From contig JAZKIQ010000001.1 in NCBI GenBank assembly GCA_040384765.1, positions 1 through 54,363 of the forward strand: DNA of 54,363 bases. The letters run 5' to 3'. A model generated the notes under the pieces. The model made no database searches. It was given only the letters and a program-made list of their open reading frames with translations, and was not told the DNA's origin. Below are positions 18,919-28,272 of this stretch, one piece after another (the stretch's first letter is position 1; each line of letters opens with the position of its first letter). The position numbers were made by a program, and so were the translations under genes. The stretch comes from Patescibacteria group bacterium (GTDB lineage Bacteria > Patescibacteriota > Minisyncoccia > Phycocordibacterales > JBBUBG01).

Positions 18919-20046
18919 CTAGTTCTCGTGCTCGAGGGCGATGCCAAGGAGTATTTTTGCAACCTTTTTTGCCGCGTCAGGTGCTGCGAATGCAGTAGCG
19001 GCTTTTTTCATCTCCGCAAGATAGGTGGGGTGTTCCATGAGGCGATTGATCTCGGAGAGCAGTACGTGCGGTGAAAGATTGTTCTCCTCAAGTACGATGG
19101 CAGCCCCGGTGCGTGAGTAGGTAAAGGCGTTCTTGTGCTGGTCGTGGCTAATCGATTGTGGGATCGGGATAAGGAGCGCCGGCAACCCCCACTGGGCAAA
19201 CTCAAACACGGCCGACCCCGCGCGAGAGATTACGAGGTTGGCAACGCCTGCTGTGAGTCGCATCGCTGTTTCGTTGAGATAATCAAACGGTTTATAGCGG
19301 CTCGCATGAGGGTTGCCTTTGAGAGATACGTTTGCAATAGCGCGCACGGTCCCGAAATGCTTTTTGCCTGTCTGGTGGATCACCTGATACTTTTCGATGA
19401 GATCAGGCAGAATATCGAGAATGGTGTCGTTGATCTTTTCTGAGCCGAGTGAGCCACCTACAATAAAAAGGACAGGCAAACCCTCTTCGAGGTGCAAAAA
19501 CTCTGATGCGCCGGTTGGAATGGGATGCAGAAGCTCTTTGCGAATCGGCAAGCCGACCACCTCTGTTTTTTCCTTGGGAAAATACGAAAGCGCTGTTGGC
19601 CACGAGATAAGAATCTTTTTTGCAAACTTTGCTGCCCAGCCGTTTACCCGCCCCGGCTCGGTGTCCGACTCATGAATGACGACGGGGATGCCGAGAATGC
19701 GCGCCGCAAAGAGTGCTGGAAATGTGGCGTAGCCGCCTTTGCCGAACACGACGTCTGGGTACAGCTTGTAGAGAGAGATGATGGCGCGAATGCCGCCAAA
19801 CGCGATCTTGAACCAGTCAAAAAAGTTGAGGATCGAAAAGTAGCGTCGCTGCTTCCCTGCCGTAACGGGGATAAAGGTGAGTTTGTTTTCAAACAGGAGC
19901 CGCGCATTGTAAGGCGCGTCAGAAATGTAAAAAAGCTCTACATCAACGAGCTTTTGCTCGCGGATCTCTTCACCCAGCTCTTGGGCGATGGCGATCACTG
20001 GATAAAAGTGGCCGCCAGTTCCTCCTCCGGTAAGGGCTATTTTCAT
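18919..20046 (-). CDS. murG: UDP-GlcNAc:lipid I transferase MurG
   Basis: GGGTGGH, GKGGY, IHESD, GGSLG, ISRAG, HQHKN. Confidence 0.95.
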   Translation of the reverse strand: MKIALTGGGTGGHFYPVIAIAQELGEEIREQKLVDVELFYISDAPYNARLLFENKLTFIPVTAGKQRRYFSILNFFDWFKIAFGGIRAIISLYKLYPDVVFGKGGYATFPALFAARILGIPVVIHESDTEPGRVNGWAAKFAKKILISWPTALSYFPKEKTEVVGLPIRKELLHPIPTGASEFLHLEEGLPVLFIVGGSLGSEKINDTILDILPDLIEKYQVIHQTGKKHFGTVRAIANVSLKGNPHASRYKPFDYLNETAMRLTAGVANLVISRAGSAVFEFAQWGLPALLIPIPQSISHDQHKNAFTYSRTGAAIVLEENNLSPHVLLSEINRLMEHPTYLAEMKKAATAFAAPDAAKKVAKILLGIALEHEN

Positions 20047-20056
20047 ATAGGATGGT

Positions 20057-20202
20057 TTTCTTTTCAGTCCAGCTGCGAGACTCGCGTGAGCGGTTCAAAA
20101 GTACGGATAATTTCTTGGTAGAAATTTCCTCGAGATTCGGCCGGCCGCCTCATCTAGTCTTTTGAACCGCTCACGCATCGATTCTCGCTGGCAGAAAAGA
20201 AA
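20057..20202. repeat. Long palindromic element upstream of murG
   Basis: 18-bp perfect stem GCGTGAGCGGTTCAAAAG (20084-20101)/(20159-20176), outer TTTCTTTTC/GAAAAGAAA. Confidence 0.7.
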
Positions 20203-20269
20203 GCTGATTTATGCATAATAGCCCAAAAAGCTGCGGAGGAACAAGGCTTAAGGTGATAGAAAAGAAAAC

Positions 20270-20294
20270 GGCTGGTCGCATCGAGCGACCAGCC
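20270..20294 (-). terminator. Intrinsic terminator of the 20673 orphan
   Basis: GGCTGGTCGC-ATCGA-GCGACCAGCC with T-run on minus strand. Confidence 0.7.
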
Positions 20295-20307
20295 AATGAA
20301 CAGCGCT

Positions 20308-20673
20308 TCAGCCTTGCCAGCCCGGGATGTAGTAGCCGAGGAGGGCTATTTTTTTCGGAGATCCATCTGGCTTTGTGTAGCTGTAGTTAGGATCCTCGTG
20401 CCGATCGTTCAGGTCGTTATCGAGCTGGAAGCGGTCCTTGCTGTCGAGGAACGCCTTCTGCACATCGGCGGGGAGCCCGACACCGTGCTTGATCGCATGC
20501 CAGAAGAATTCCAGGGAGACTTCGCGCCAGACGGTGAACTTTGGCCCATCTGAGGCGCTATAGCAGATTTCTGCGGATACTCTCCTGCAGGTAAACGTTT
20601 GGGCTATCTCTTCCCCGTCCTCACCTTCAGCGTGAATGTAGTAGAGGCCCGAGCCTCTTTCCCAGCAGATCAT
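20308..20673 (-). CDS. Hypothetical protein
   Basis: 121 aa; AAAGGAG SD; TTGACT-18-TAAATT promoter abutting the ddl stop; own terminator. Confidence 0.6.
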   Translation of the reverse strand: MICWERGSGLYYIHAEGEDGEEIAQTFTCRRVSAEICYSASDGPKFTVWREVSLEFFWHAIKHGVGLPADVQKAFLDSKDRFQLDNDLNDRHEDPNYSYTKPDGSPKKIALLGYYIPGWQG

Positions 20674-20732
20674 GTGCCAAACTCCTTTCTGCTCGCTTTC
20701 CTAATTTAGACACTAAATATGAAGAAAGTCAA

Positions 20733-21824
20733 CTATCTGCTGGTTTCTAGGGATAGATCCTGTGCGTGCTTTTCGAGGGCGAGCATGAGGAGGCGGTCGA
20801 TGAGGTCGCTATACGCGATGCCCGATGCTTCCCAGAGCTTTGGGTACATGGATACCGAGGTGAAGCCGGGAATCGTGTTGATCTCGTTGACGTACACCTT
20901 TCCGGTTTTCGTGAGAAAAAAGTCTACGCGCGCAAGCCCCGCACATTCGAGCGTTTTAAATGTTTTTATCGCGAGGTCCTGCACTTTTTTCCGGAGGATG
21001 AGCGGAAGTTTGGCCGGAATCTCGAGCGCTGCCCCACTCTCGTCGATATATTTTGCGTCATACGAATAGAAGTCGCTTTTTACGACAATCTCTCCTGGTA
21101 CAGAGGCGATCGGTTTGTCGTTGCCAAGTACCGAGCACTCGATCTCACGACCCTTAATAAACTGCTCGCAGAGGATTTTTGTATCGTAGCGAAATGCTTC
21201 AAGGACAGCAGCATCAAACTCCTTCTTTGTACGCACTTTGCTTACGCCCACCGAGGAGCCCATATTTGCTGGCTTTATAAAAAGAGGAAGTCCGAGAGTT
21301 TTTGAAATGGCGGGGAAAGAGACCTTGTCTCCCTTGCGAAAGACGAAAAACTTCCCAATGGGGATGCCAGCGTCACGCAATAGCCGCTTCATGACATCTT
21401 TGTCCATGCCTACAGCCGATCCGAGCACTCCCGCGCCAACAAAGGGCACGCCTGCGAGCCGCAGAAGGCCCTGCACGGTACCATCCTCCCCCATCGGGCC
21501 GTGCAGTATGGGAAATACCACATCCACAGCTTCGCTGGGCTTTTCTCCTGCTAAGGCGAGCACCCCTTTACTTTCAGGAATGAGGCTCACTGCCGTGGCG
21601 TGCTCCGGTGCGAGGCGGGCAAGCTTTGGATCGTGGGCATTGAGAAGAAACTCTGCCGAATCAGCTCGATGCCAGGAACCTTTCTTGTCGATGCCGATCA
21701 AAATTGGTGCATATTTTTTCTTGTCGAGCGCGTCCGCGATATTTCGTGCGGAGCGGAGGGACACTTCGTGTTCTGCAGATTTGCCACCAAAGAGGAGCGC
21801 CACCCGGATTTTTTTATCAGCCAT
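20733..21824 (-). CDS. ddl: D-alanine--D-alanine ligase
   Basis: GGKSAEHEVS, HGPMGEDG, KPANMGSSVG, FYSYDAKY, NEINTIPG. Confidence 0.97.
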   Translation of the reverse strand: MADKKIRVALLFGGKSAEHEVSLRSARNIADALDKKKYAPILIGIDKKGSWHRADSAEFLLNAHDPKLARLAPEHATAVSLIPESKGVLALAGEKPSEAVDVVFPILHGPMGEDGTVQGLLRLAGVPFVGAGVLGSAVGMDKDVMKRLLRDAGIPIGKFFVFRKGDKVSFPAISKTLGLPLFIKPANMGSSVGVSKVRTKKEFDAAVLEAFRYDTKILCEQFIKGREIECSVLGNDKPIASVPGEIVVKSDFYSYDAKYIDESGAALEIPAKLPLILRKKVQDLAIKTFKTLECAGLARVDFFLTKTGKVYVNEINTIPGFTSVSMYPKLWEASGIAYSDLIDRLLMLALEKHAQDLSLETSR

Positions 21825-21925
21825 CTATCTCAACTGGAGTTTTTGATTAAAAGTTGCCACAGGTTCTTTTCTTCTGAAAAGCCCTGCAGCCCCCGCCTCC
21901 TTCACCTTCGTTCAGTCCGGCCGGC

Positions 21926-21968
21926 CTTCTAATTAAAATGCGGGAGTGGCCCGCATTTTAATTAGAAG
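21926..21968. terminator. 19-bp perfect hairpin overlapping the murA stop codon
   Basis: CTTCTAATTAAAATGCGGG-AGTGG-CCCGCATTTTAATTAGAAG. Confidence 0.55.
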
Positions 21969-23476
21969 TCCCGGAGAACCGTAATTTTCGCGCCGAGCTG
22001 GTTTAAGCGATTCGCAAGATCTTCGTATCCCCTATTGATCGAGTACACATTGCGAAGCACAGAGGTTCCTTTCGCGGCGAGCATGCCGATTAAGATAATC
22101 GTGGCTGGGCGCAAGGCGGGTGGGCAGACAATCTGCGCTGCCCGCAGTGGTGTGGGACCTGTGATATAGATGCGGTGCGGGTCGGCAAGTATCGTATCTG
22201 CTCCAAGCTTTTCAAGCTCGGTGTAGTAGATCGCCCGCTTTTCGTACACCCAGTCGTGAATGAGGGTTTGCCCTTCCGCCTGTGTCGCTATTACGGCAAA
22301 GAACGGGAGGTTGTCGATGTTGAGGCCGGGGTATGGGCGTGAGTCGATCTTCTCTTCGAGCGCGGTGAGTTTTGAAGGGGCAGTTTTAATGTCCACAAGA
22401 TCGGTATGGCCGTTGGCTGCCTTGTATCGTTTTGAAAGCTTGTACTTAAAACCCATCTTCTCAAGTTTGTAGAGCTCGAGCTCCACAAAATCGATCGGTG
22501 CGCGCTTGATCTCGATGGCCGACCGGGTGACCGCAGCTACGGCGATAAAAAACATCGCCTCGGTTGGGTCTTCGCTTGGGTGATAGGTTACTGGGGTGTC
22601 GATCTTTTCGATACCGTGCACGATGAGCGTTGTGGTGCCGATCCCCTCAATATGTACGCCGAGCTTTTCAAGGAAAAAGCACATGTCCTGCACCTGGTAG
22701 TTTGCAGAAGCAAATTTGATGGTTGTAGCGCCAGGAATGAGCGCGGCGGCCATGAGTGCATTCTCGGTAACGGTATCGCCCGATTCGTAGAGGATGATCT
22801 CTGCGGGGTCTAGCTTCTTTGCTTTAACGGTGTAGCTCGTGTTGGTTGTTTCGATATCCACTCCGAGCCTCTCAAGTGCAAAGAAGTGGGGGCGCACGGT
22901 GCGGCTTCCGAGCTTGCAGCCGCCCACCTGCGGAAGGCTAAAGCTTTTCATGCGATGAATAAGCGGCCCGATCAACATGATTATGCTGCGGGTTTTGATC
23001 GCTGCCTCTACGTTGATTGCCCCGAGGTCGAGCTTTTCTGGTGGAGTGATCTCAAGATCATCCCCTACCCATTTCACTGATACGCCAATCGATTCGAGTA
23101 CCTCGATAATGCGATTGACCTCCTCGATGCGCGGCATCGCTTTGAGTGTCGTCGTGTTTTTGTTGAGGAGCGATGCGCAGAGCAGCGCTACGGCCGCATT
23201 CTTTGAGGTCTTAACAATCGCGGTACCTCGCAGGGCGTGGCCACCCTCTATCTGAAAATTGATCGTTCCCTTTGAGAGCGTGAGGATATCACCTTCCAAG
23301 GCATTCGAGATTTTTGAAAGCATCTCGGTGGTGAAGTTTTGCTCCCCTTTTTCCATGCGGGCTACGGCGCTCTGAGAGGTGCCTATCATCTCTGCAAGCT
23401 GCTCTTGGGTAAGGTTGTTTTTCTCCCGAAGAGTTGTAATAAGCGAGCCTATTTTAACGAGTTGTTCTGCGAGCAT
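21962..23476 (-). CDS. murA: UDP-GlcNAc 1-carboxyvinyltransferase with N-terminal XRE-family HTH
   Basis: LTQEQLAEMIGTSQSAVARMEKG HTH; SKNAA, GGCKLGSR (catalytic Cys), PYPG, RGYE. Confidence 0.93.
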   Translation of the reverse strand: MLAEQLVKIGSLITTLREKNNLTQEQLAEMIGTSQSAVARMEKGEQNFTTEMLSKISNALEGDILTLSKGTINFQIEGGHALRGTAIVKTSKNAAVALLCASLLNKNTTTLKAMPRIEEVNRIIEVLESIGVSVKWVGDDLEITPPEKLDLGAINVEAAIKTRSIIMLIGPLIHRMKSFSLPQVGGCKLGSRTVRPHFFALERLGVDIETTNTSYTVKAKKLDPAEIILYESGDTVTENALMAAALIPGATTIKFASANYQVQDMCFFLEKLGVHIEGIGTTTLIVHGIEKIDTPVTYHPSEDPTEAMFFIAVAAVTRSAIEIKRAPIDFVELELYKLEKMGFKYKLSKRYKAANGHTDLVDIKTAPSKLTALEEKIDSRPYPGLNIDNLPFFAVIATQAEGQTLIHDWVYEKRAIYYTELEKLGADTILADPHRIYITGPTPLRAAQIVCPPALRPATIILIGMLAAKGTSVLRNVYSINRGYEDLANRLNQLGAKITVLRDF

Positions 23477-23478
23477 AG

Positions 23479-23514
23479 TGGCATCAACATATCACATATG
23501 AGATGTTGATGCCA
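23479..23514. promoter_or_regulatory. Palindromic operator candidate overlapping the murA promoter
   Basis: TGGCATCAACAT-N12-ATGTTGATGCCA; minus strand reads TGGCAT-17-TATGTT-9-ATG. Confidence 0.6.
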
Positions 23515-23527
23515 GTGGAAAACTCTC

Positions 23528-24652
23528 CTACGCTGTTGCCTCTGCGAGGGCATGCCGCTTTGCATGCTGGGAGATATTGAGGAGGATCCCTATTTCGCAC
23601 AGTCCTATAAAAAGCGCTGTTCCTCCTTGGCTGATGAACATGAGAGGCACTCCGGTAAGCGGTATGAGGCCGAGCATCGCGGCAATGTTTATTGCCGACT
23701 GGGAGACGATATGTATGACGATACCCACAGCAAGGAGAGCTGAAAAGCTATCTGGCGCATGCGTAGCAATACGCATGCCGCGGAGGGCAAACAGAAGGAA
23801 GAGGAGAATAAGTACCGTGGAGCCGATGAGGCCAAACTCCTCTGCCGTAACCGCAAAGATAGAATCACCCACAGGCTCGGGAAGATATTTAAATTTTTGA
23901 ATGCTTTGTCCAAAACCCCTCCCCCCAATTTTGCCTGAGCCTATCGCGATGAGGGCTTGCTGGATCTGATAAGAAGACCCCTGTGCATCACGCGAAGGAT
24001 CTATAAATGTAAGAATGCGCTCCCGCACATACGGGCGCGTGGCAAAGAGGAGTGCAATACCTGCCAGTCCTACGGCGCCAAGTGCAAAAAAATGTTTCCA
24101 CTGTCCACCTGCCACAAAGTACATTCCTGCTCCGGTAAAGACGAACACCATAAAGGTACCCGTATCTGGCTGCTTAAGGAGGAGAAGTCCTACCGCGAGG
24201 AGTGCGCCGAGAAATGGTAGAAGGCCTTCCTTCACAGTCTCTGCTGCTCTCGGGCGGCGGGTGAACATTGTTGCGAGAAAAAGCACATACCCAAGCTTGA
24301 GTATCTCTGATGGCTGGAACATGAGGGGCCCAAGCCTAATCCAGCGATGCGCGCCGCCTGTGGCAAATCCGAGGCCTGGAACAAAGACGAGTGCCGTGAC
24401 GATAAGCGTAAGGATAAATATCCAGGTTGCGTACTTTTTCCAGAAGCTGTAATGGATCTGTGAGAAAACCGCGAGAGCTATTGCTCCCCCGACCACACCA
24501 ATAAGTACCTGTTTCCCCGCGAGCGATGCGAGGCTACTGCCGTCGCGGGCAACAAGGCCGAGCGACGCAGATGAAAATATAAAAAAGCCCAGTATGACAA
24601 GCGCCGCCACAATGCCGAGGAACATCTTGTCGAATGAGCGAGCTGCGGTCAT
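23528..24652 (-). CDS. ftsW: SEDS peptidoglycan glycosyltransferase FtsW
   Basis: GAHRWI, QPSE, QPDTG, YLPEPVGDSIF, TGVPLMFISQGG. Confidence 0.92.
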   Translation of the reverse strand: MTAARSFDKMFLGIVAALVILGFFIFSSASLGLVARDGSSLASLAGKQVLIGVVGGAIALAVFSQIHYSFWKKYATWIFILTLIVTALVFVPGLGFATGGAHRWIRLGPLMFQPSEILKLGYVLFLATMFTRRPRAAETVKEGLLPFLGALLAVGLLLLKQPDTGTFMVFVFTGAGMYFVAGGQWKHFFALGAVGLAGIALLFATRPYVRERILTFIDPSRDAQGSSYQIQQALIAIGSGKIGGRGFGQSIQKFKYLPEPVGDSIFAVTAEEFGLIGSTVLILLFLLFALRGMRIATHAPDSFSALLAVGIVIHIVSQSAINIAAMLGLIPLTGVPLMFISQGGTALFIGLCEIGILLNISQHAKRHALAEATA

Positions 24653-25702
24653 TTAGATAAGTGCAATAATGACGCCGATGATTGCGGAGATGATGCTGAC
24701 AATCCAAAACCGCATCGTCACTTTGTATGAGGGCCAGCCGAGCGCTTCGAAGTGGTGGTGTATAGGAGCTACGAGAAATACTTTCTTTCCCCGTACCCTT
24801 TTGGAGAGCAGCTGTATGATCACTGACCCTGATGCGAGAAAGAGTGGAAGAGCGATAATGGGTAGCTCAACTGATGCATTGGTGAGAAATGCAACCACCG
24901 TAAGTGTGGTGGTTAGCCCCAGAATGCCGGTTTCTGACATATAAAACTGAGCGGGCGGAATATTGAACCACAAAAATGCGAGGATTGACCCGGCTATCAC
25001 CGCACAAAATGCGGCCAGGTTTATCTGGTCCTGAAAAAAGGCGATCATTGAGTAGGCCCCGAAGATGATCGACATGATCCCTCCTGAGAGGCCATCGATG
25101 CCATCGATAACACCCCCTGAAAAAAGCGCGAGCATGGCAAGGGTGAATACTGGATAAAACCAGAGTCCGATATCAAGATTTCCACCCCCAGGAATATCGA
25201 TAGTGCTGATGCCAAGCTTGGTGTAGAACCACCAGGCTCCTATAAAGCCCATGATCGCTACGATTCCAATACGAACCATTGCCGGTATCCCCTTGCCCAC
25301 ATACGATCCACGGTCGGCTACGACAAGCAGGTCGTCAATGAGGCCCACGGCTGAGCCGATAAGCAGGGTAAAAAATGGAAGGACTGTTTGTCCTCGTGAG
25401 AGAAAGTTGAGCTTGCGTGTTGTTTCTGAGGGGAAAAGATACGCCACGAGGTAGAGCGCACAGATGGTGAGAAGGGTGCTACCCCAGATGACAACACCAC
25501 CCATGCGTGGCGTTTTCTTGGTTTCGTCTTGATGGAGCGTGCTCGAGATGAGCGCTTCCCTTCCATCAATAGTGATCGCGACTGACTTCTTTTTCCAAAG
25601 CTTGTGTTTGTACAGAAACTGAATGAGTGGGGTCGAGATGATGAGGCCAATGAAAAAGGCGAGTGTTGCAGGACCGACAACCTTGAGAACGTTAATGATC
25701 AT
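24653..25702 (-). CDS. mraY: Phospho-N-acetylmuramoyl-pentapeptide transferase
   Basis: TPRMGG, GLIDD, DGIDGL, FNIPPA, APIHHHFE. Confidence 0.93.
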   Translation of the reverse strand: MIINVLKVVGPATLAFFIGLIISTPLIQFLYKHKLWKKKSVAITIDGREALISSTLHQDETKKTPRMGGVVIWGSTLLTICALYLVAYLFPSETTRKLNFLSRGQTVLPFFTLLIGSAVGLIDDLLVVADRGSYVGKGIPAMVRIGIVAIMGFIGAWWFYTKLGISTIDIPGGGNLDIGLWFYPVFTLAMLALFSGGVIDGIDGLSGGIMSIIFGAYSMIAFFQDQINLAAFCAVIAGSILAFLWFNIPPAQFYMSETGILGLTTTLTVVAFLTNASVELPIIALPLFLASGSVIIQLLSKRVRGKKVFLVAPIHHHFEALGWPSYKVTMRFWIVSIISAIIGVIIALI

Positions 25703-25724
25703 AAGAGATAGGTGTATGGTAGCG

Positions 25725-26621
25725 CTATTTTTCGGTGCTTGCGAATTCGAGAGTCTCCTTTATGAGCAAGCGCATATCAGCAAAGCGGCCTTCTGCACTC
25801 GATCCAAGTACTACGGCGATCATCGGCCTGCCGGGGCCGGCGTCGTATGCAAGTGCGAGGTTGCCACCTGCAAGATCGGTAAGCCCAGTCTTCGAAGCAA
25901 ACACCGCAAACTCAGACTCAAGATCTTTGTTGGTGTTGCGCGCCTCGTGAGTAAATCCTGAGAGAGATTGGAACGCGAGGTTTGAAAGACCTGTTTTTTC
26001 GATAATGGCGGGCTGTTCGGAGATGATGTGCGAGAGAAGAGCCGCTACATCGTGTGCCGAGCTGTAGCCACCGCTTTGCTCGGGCGAGATATCAAGACCG
26101 GTTGGATTTAAAAAGTATGTTTGTTTGAGGTCGAGCGTGCGAGCCTTTTCGTTCATTGTTTCTACAAAGCGTACACGAGATCCAAGTGCGCTCGCTATAG
26201 CTGCCGCGCCATCGTTTGAAGAGGTGATGAGGGTAAAAGAGATAAGGTCGGCAAGGCGCCAATTTTCACCAACATAGAGCCCAGAATCTCCCTCTTCCCC
26301 GAGCGCCTCCTTGGAGACGCGCACAGGGGCGGAGCTGCTCGCGCTCGCTGCGACATAAGCTGTCATTAGCTTTGTGATCGACGCGATTGGAAGCTGAAGC
26401 TCCGCGTTCTTTGAATAGATAAAAGTGTCGCGGGATATGTCGTATACGACAGCAGCCTTTGCTTCAATCTTTGCAGCATCGAGAACAATACCGCGCGGTG
26501 CTGCAGTTTCAGCGATCACCGGGGGCGGGCTGTCTGAGATGGCGATAGCAATACCAATGAGTCCAAGAAGACCCAAAACGTAGCCATAGCTTCCGAGTAG
26601 TTGTTTGCGGTTGAATATCAT
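25725..26621 (-). CDS. D-alanyl-D-alanine carboxypeptidase, peptidase S11
   Basis: SITK, SSN and KTG penicillin-binding motifs; N-terminal TM. Confidence 0.9.
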   Translation of the reverse strand: MIFNRKQLLGSYGYVLGLLGLIGIAIAISDSPPPVIAETAAPRGIVLDAAKIEAKAAVVYDISRDTFIYSKNAELQLPIASITKLMTAYVAASASSSAPVRVSKEALGEEGDSGLYVGENWRLADLISFTLITSSNDGAAAIASALGSRVRFVETMNEKARTLDLKQTYFLNPTGLDISPEQSGGYSSAHDVAALLSHIISEQPAIIEKTGLSNLAFQSLSGFTHEARNTNKDLESEFAVFASKTGLTDLAGGNLALAYDAGPGRPMIAVVLGSSAEGRFADMRLLIKETLEFASTEK

Positions 26622-27151
26622 AAGGTTTCTGTTTTTTGTTTGTCGAGAAATGCACGGAGCGGCTCATATTCAGGAAGCTCGCTTGCCTGCCCTATCCCAA
26701 GATGCGCGAGGAGGTCGATGGAGGGGGTATACGTATAGCTTGCAGCTTCGCTCGCACGCTCTCGCTTGGCAAGCCCACGCATAAGCAGCTGGCGGAGCGC
26801 TGATTGTGAGTTTACCCCTCGAATCTGGTCGATATCAGCGCTCGTGACTGGTGCTTGGTAGGCGATGATAGAGAGCACTTCAAGAGCGCTCTTGGAAAGA
26901 GCTCTCTCTTCGGTGGCTTCGAGTCGCTCGAGAATAGGAGATGCCCCTGTTGAGGTGGCGAGAGTCACCTCTCCGTCATGGTCCATGAGCGCGATGCCTC
27001 TCCCCTCAAGCTTTGTTCGGAGAACGGCAAGAGCATCGTCGATCTCGCTGTCGCCTATATCAAGAAGCTCCCCGAGCCGCACTTTGGGCACTGGTTCCGC
27101 AGTATAAAAAAGGATTGCTTCGATAAGGGCGTCGGGTTCCATGTGGCTCAA
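26618..27151 (-). CDS. scpB: SMC-Scp complex subunit ScpB
   Basis: IEAILF, LSKSALEVLSIIAY, IRGVNS; 4-bp overlap with scpA. Confidence 0.92.
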   Translation of the reverse strand: MSHMEPDALIEAILFYTAEPVPKVRLGELLDIGDSEIDDALAVLRTKLEGRGIALMDHDGEVTLATSTGASPILERLEATEERALSKSALEVLSIIAYQAPVTSADIDQIRGVNSQSALRQLLMRGLAKRERASEAASYTYTPSIDLLAHLGIGQASELPEYEPLRAFLDKQKTETL

Positions 27152-27882
27152 AGATACGCAGGCACTCCAAGTGAGAGTGACTCTATTGTAATATCAGAAA
27201 AATGATCGTTCTGCGAGACCTTAATTGTCCCCTGTTTTACGAGCTCAAGGAGTGCGAGAAAACCAAGGATTGTCTCTGCCTTGCCGCTGCCGGTAAAACC
27301 CCGAAGGGTTGTACCCAGTGACTCTTTTGCGCGCAACAGGAGCGACTGCATCACCTCTTCAAGACGGATCTTTTTTTCGACCCGAGTTTGTGGGATCTTC
27401 TCTCGCGTAGGCATGAGCGAGGTTGTGCGGGTGATCGCGGCGTGGAGCGCTTTTGCGAGCGATGCCCCATCGGTACCAGGGCGAAAGCTCGCTTCCTTGG
27501 GGAGAGGGGCGGATGGTCTGCGAAAGAAACGACGAGGTTTTGCGAGCTCTAGGGAGAGCATGGCGGCAGCTCCTTTTATGGCCTGGTAGTGCGCGAGGCG
27601 CCCTTCGAGCACCGCAATATCTGCCTCTTCTTCTTTGGTGATCGAAAAGCCAGGGAGGAGCGATCGCGACTTGATGAGCATAAGCGTTGCGGCGAGGAAG
27701 ATGAACTCGGCGGTCTGCCCTATCGGTATTGGGTTTGCTGAAAGGAAATGCACATAGTCGTCGGTTATTGCCGCAAGAGAGAGATCGGAAATATGCATCT
27801 TCCGCTTTTCGACAAGTGAAAGCAGGAGGTCGAGGGGGCCCTCGAAGCTCCCGTGCTTAATTCGAAAATCCTGGTTAACCAT
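27148..27882 (-). CDS. scpA: Segregation/condensation protein ScpA
   Basis: FEGPLDLLL, IKSRSLLP, FLALLELVK; start moved to 27882, 6 nt after TATAGT. Confidence 0.92.
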   Translation of the reverse strand: MVNQDFRIKHGSFEGPLDLLLSLVEKRKMHISDLSLAAITDDYVHFLSANPIPIGQTAEFIFLAATLMLIKSRSLLPGFSITKEEEADIAVLEGRLAHYQAIKGAAAMLSLELAKPRRFFRRPSAPLPKEASFRPGTDGASLAKALHAAITRTTSLMPTREKIPQTRVEKKIRLEEVMQSLLLRAKESLGTTLRGFTGSGKAETILGFLALLELVKQGTIKVSQNDHFSDITIESLSLGVPAYL

Positions 27883-27967
27883 GGGCATACTATAGCACAA
27901 GCTGGCCAAAATCGCATTTGTGTTGTATTGTTGTTTGCGTACTTGTAACCACCTAGGAGGGTGATAG

Positions 27968-28216
27968 ATGGAAGGTCAGGATCGAGGGCGGCCGTCGAAC
28001 GAGGAGTTCGTGCTCGAGCTCTTGCGGGTCAACGGGGGCAGTTTGCCGCTCGTCCGCATCTCGCGTGCTCTCTCGGCGGAAAACCGGATCGGAAGGCGTA
28101 GGGGTGTCGATACCTCCGATCTCGTCAGCGAGCTTCTGAAGCAGGGGCTGGTGCGCATGCGCGGTCAGGACGAGTACGTCGAGATCGTGCGCAAGGAAGA
28201 ACAGGCTACGGCCTGA
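27968..28216 (+). CDS. Hypothetical 82-aa protein, possibly winged-helix-like
   Basis: AGGAGG SD; helix-helix-helix-beta-hairpin pattern; terminator at 28226-28264. Confidence 0.55.
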   Translation: MEGQDRGRPSNEEFVLELLRVNGGSLPLVRISRALSAENRIGRRRGVDTSDLVSELLKQGLVRMRGQDEYVEIVRKEEQATA

Positions 28217-28225
28217 GTACGAAAG

Positions 28226-28264
28226 AACCGGCTGTCGCGAGCGCGACAGCCGGTTTTCATTTTT
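28226..28264. terminator. Bidirectional terminator between the orphan and aspS
   Basis: AACCGGCTGTCGCG/CGCGACAGCCGGTT stem with flanking A/T runs. Confidence 0.7.
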
Positions 28265-28272
28265 GAACGTAT

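Noticed and set aside
27148-27151. Alternative genetic code (UGA read as Gly)
   Set aside because: TGA acts as a normal stop in ATGA overlaps (scpA/scpB, scpB/dac), and long genes are uninterrupted under code 11.
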